46,248 nucleotides of DNA from Vicugna vicugna. Taxonomy: Eukaryota. The notes beneath the pieces were generated by a model that saw nothing but the letters and a program-made list of their open reading frames with translations, was not told the DNA's origin and made no database searches. Below are positions 46,121 to 46,248 of the stretch, piece by piece (position 1 is the first letter of the stretch; the number at the start of each line of letters is the position of its first letter). The stretch spans positions 2,790,001 to 2,836,248 of the forward strand of contig MU058636.1 of assembly GCA_013265495.1 (NCBI GenBank). The letters run 5' to 3'. Position numbers and translations under genes: made by a program.

Positions 46121-46248
46121 CAGCAGCCCCCTTCTCTCTTCCGGGCAGCTGACCTCCCAGCGCGGTCACATCATCACCGCGCCTCCAGGTCTGAGAATTA
46201 AGGCCACTTGACTGAATTGGCCTCCTGCGCAAGATGTTTCGTTTCCTT

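Larger units (their letters stand above)
45190..46190. promoter_or_regulatory. CpG island / GC-rich putative regulatory region downstream of MTUS2
   Basis: Dense CpG and GC boxes (ccccgcccc, cccgcccgcc), partly unresolved by an N gap. Confidence 0.7.

Noticed and set aside
45879..46232. ORFs spanning the terminal N run
   Set aside because: They are artefacts of the assembly gap.
1..46248. Most ORFs in the six-frame track
   Set aside because: They are chance open frames in GC-rich intronic or repeat DNA, often with non-ATG starts and low-complexity P/G/R/S peptides. Only segments bounded by splice sites join into MTUS2.
1..46248. Prokaryotic systems (CRISPR arrays, operons, IS elements, retrons)
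   Set aside because: The sequence is clearly mammalian (spliced gene, SINE/LINE/LTR repeats). No regularly spaced repeat-spacer array was seen.
43700..46248. 3' end of the neighbouring SLC7A1 gene
   Set aside because: Expected nearby from recalled synteny, but no exon or clear minus-strand terminal signal can be supported within the window.

Overview
Mammalian genomic DNA, most likely a camelid: it carries two tRNA-Ala-derived SINEs resembling the Vic-1 family. The window holds the last seven coding exons and the 3' UTR of MTUS2 (TIP150/CAZIP) on the + strand. All splice junctions are GT-AG with consistent phases, and the joined peptide is a coiled-coil C-terminus ending ...[10 protein letters not shown]. 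The introns contain ordinary old repeats (L2, MIR, L1M, MER5, MER53, MER112-like, MLT1B) and several ERV1-type LTRs, all antisense to the gene. The most unusual structure is the last intron (27096-40837). It is inflated by a 12.2 kb nested retroviral complex: an outer provirus (two LTRs, Arg PBS, PPT, decayed env) contains a second provirus (two LTRs, Arg PBS, PPT, AGGC target duplication), which itself contains a solo LTR and a SINE. Fine-scale events are readable inside it: a 24-bp hairpin-flanked micro-inversion, a 160-bp perfectly identical tract between two otherwise diverged LTRs, and GC-biased remodelling of one LTR. Strong CTCF motifs lie near both ends of the window, and a CpG island lies downstream of the gene. 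I found no prokaryotic system, CRISPR array or intact novel ORF, and no evidence of a wholly new biological system. The best leads are retroviral-evolution and regulatory ones. Repeat-family names and human comparisons come from recall of consensus sequences, not database searches.
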